Positions 62,240 through 64,000 of a stretch of 64,000 nt of DNA are shown here, piece after piece. The DNA is from Dipteris shenzhenensis (lineage: Eukaryota): the NCBI GenBank assembly GCA_047967505.1, contig CM106538.1; one strand, written 5' to 3'. Positions within the stretch are counted from its first letter, which is position 1. Each line of letters opens with the position of its first letter. The notes under the pieces are model-generated. The model did not search any database, was not told where the DNA came from, and saw only the letters and a program-made list of their open reading frames with translations. A program made the position numbers and the translations under genes.

Positions 62240-64000
62240 GTTGTCCATGACACTAAGGCAAAAACGCTGATTTATGCTTAATCGACAATGCAACGCATAT
62301 GCGATCATCAAAATACTTTGCACACATCTCAATCTAGGTATTATTGACTTACATGCAAAGTGGCGTGCCCATCCCATAAGTATTTAGTCGAATAACACAT
62401 CTAGGACAGCGTTTTTTGACGGTTGTGCATGACACTAAGGCCAAAACAGTGTTTAATGCTTGTTCGACAATGCAAAGCATACCCGATGGGCACAATAATT
62501 TTCACACACCTTCAACTAGATGGAATTGACTTACATGCAAAGTGGCACACCCATCCCATAAGTGCTTGATCGGATAACATACCTAGCAGCGTGTTTTTTT
62601 ACGGATGTGCATGACACGAGCAAAATAGTATTTAATGCTCGATCGACCATGCAAAGGATATCCGATGGGCATCACACTTTTTGTACGCCTCAACCTAGGT
62701 GGTATTGAAATGTTCTTAATGAGGCACACCCATCCAATAAGTCATTGGTCAGATAACACACCTAAGGGTGTGTTTTTTTGCGGATGTCCATATCACTAGG
62801 AAAAAAATGGTGTATAATGCGTGATCGACCATGCAAAGCATATCCGATGGTGACAATACTTTGCACGCACTTCAACGTAGTTGAAACAGACTTGCATGCA
62901 AAGTGGAGCCCCCATCCGATAAGTACTTATTTGAATAACACGCCTACGGTCGTGTTTTTATATGGTTGTGCATGACACAAAGGCAAAAACGGTGTTCTAT
63001 GCTTGATCGACAATGCAAAGCATATCCGATGGTCACAGTACTTTGCACACACCTTCAATTAGGTGGAATTGACTTACATGCAAAGTGGCATTCCCATCGT
63101 ATAAGTACTTGATCGGATAACATACCTAACAGCGTGTTTTTTTACGGATGTGCATGACACTAAGGCAAAAATGGTATTTAATGCTCGATCGACCATGCAA
63201 AGCATATCCGATGGGCACAATACTTTTCCTATACCTTAACCTAGGTGGTATTGGAATGTTCTCAAAGAGGCACACCCATCCGATAAGTATTTGGTTAGAT
63301 AACATACCTAAGGGCATGTTTTTTTGCAGATGTGCATATCCCTACGGGAAAAACGTTGTATAATTCATAATTGACCATGCAGAGCATATCCCATGGTGAC
63401 AATACTTTGCATGCATCTCAACCTAGTTGAAACGGACTTGCGTGCAAACTGGAGCCCCCATCCGATAAGTACTTGTTTCATTAACACACTTAGGACCGTG
63501 TTTTTTCATGGTTGTGCATGACACTAAGGCAAAAACGGTGTTTTATGCTTGATCGACAATGCAAAGCATATCCGATGGGCACAATACTTTGCACACACCT
63601 TCAACTAGGTGGAATTGACTTACATGCAAAGTGGCACTCCCATCCCATAAGTGCTTGATTGGATAACATACCTACTAGCGTGTTTTTTTATGGATGTGCA
63701 TGACACTAGAGCAAAAAAAGTATTTATTGCTCGATCGATCGTGCAAAGGATATCCGATGGGCACAACACTTTTCGTACACCTTAACCTATGTGGTATTGG
63801 AATGTTCTCAAAGAGGCACACCCATCCAATAAGTACTTGGTCAGATAACACACCTAAGGGCGTGTTTTTTTGCAGATGTGCATATCACTCGGGAAAAAAT
63901 GGTGTATAATGCATGATTGACCATGCAAAGCATATCCGATGGTGACAGTACTTTGCACGACCCTCAAAGTAGTTGAAACAGACTTGTGTGCAAAGTGGAG
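62240..64000 (+). repeat. Second copy of the ~182-bp A-B-C satellite array; runs off the window
   Basis: Same monomer types and order (C-A-B-C-A-B-C-A-B), with diagnostic variants shared with 50870-51930. Confidence 0.97.

Overview
Plant nuclear DNA, probably a non-seed land plant such as a fern (inference from TE content and gene style), dominated by transposable elements. Two host genes are recognisable, both on the minus strand: an intact 4-exon photosystem I antenna gene (Lhca2, 264 aa) and a 5-exon SABP2/MES-family methylesterase with a signal peptide and two doubtful splice junctions. The retroelements are a decayed Ty3/gypsy chromovirus (1-~6.9 kb), an L1-type LINE 3' end, further gypsy and copia remnants, and a relic with an N-terminal GIY-YIG nuclease (Penelope-like). 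An 11-kb tail-to-tail pair of related chromoviruses (11902-22970) forms a ~5-kb-arm inverted repeat, bracketed by a 213-bp target duplication and templated filler DNA. The most striking structure is a ~182-bp, hairpin-rich satellite organised as an A-B-C higher-order repeat (50.0-54.3 kb, with a collinear second copy from 62.2 kb). It sits directly upstream of a disrupted DUF7869/Sola-like DDE transposase, and each array is preceded by a palindrome-plus-poly-C minisatellite. A decayed, intron-containing ParB/Srx-like (WDGNHR) gene lies at 43-46 kb. All family calls come from motif recognition by eye; no searches were run.
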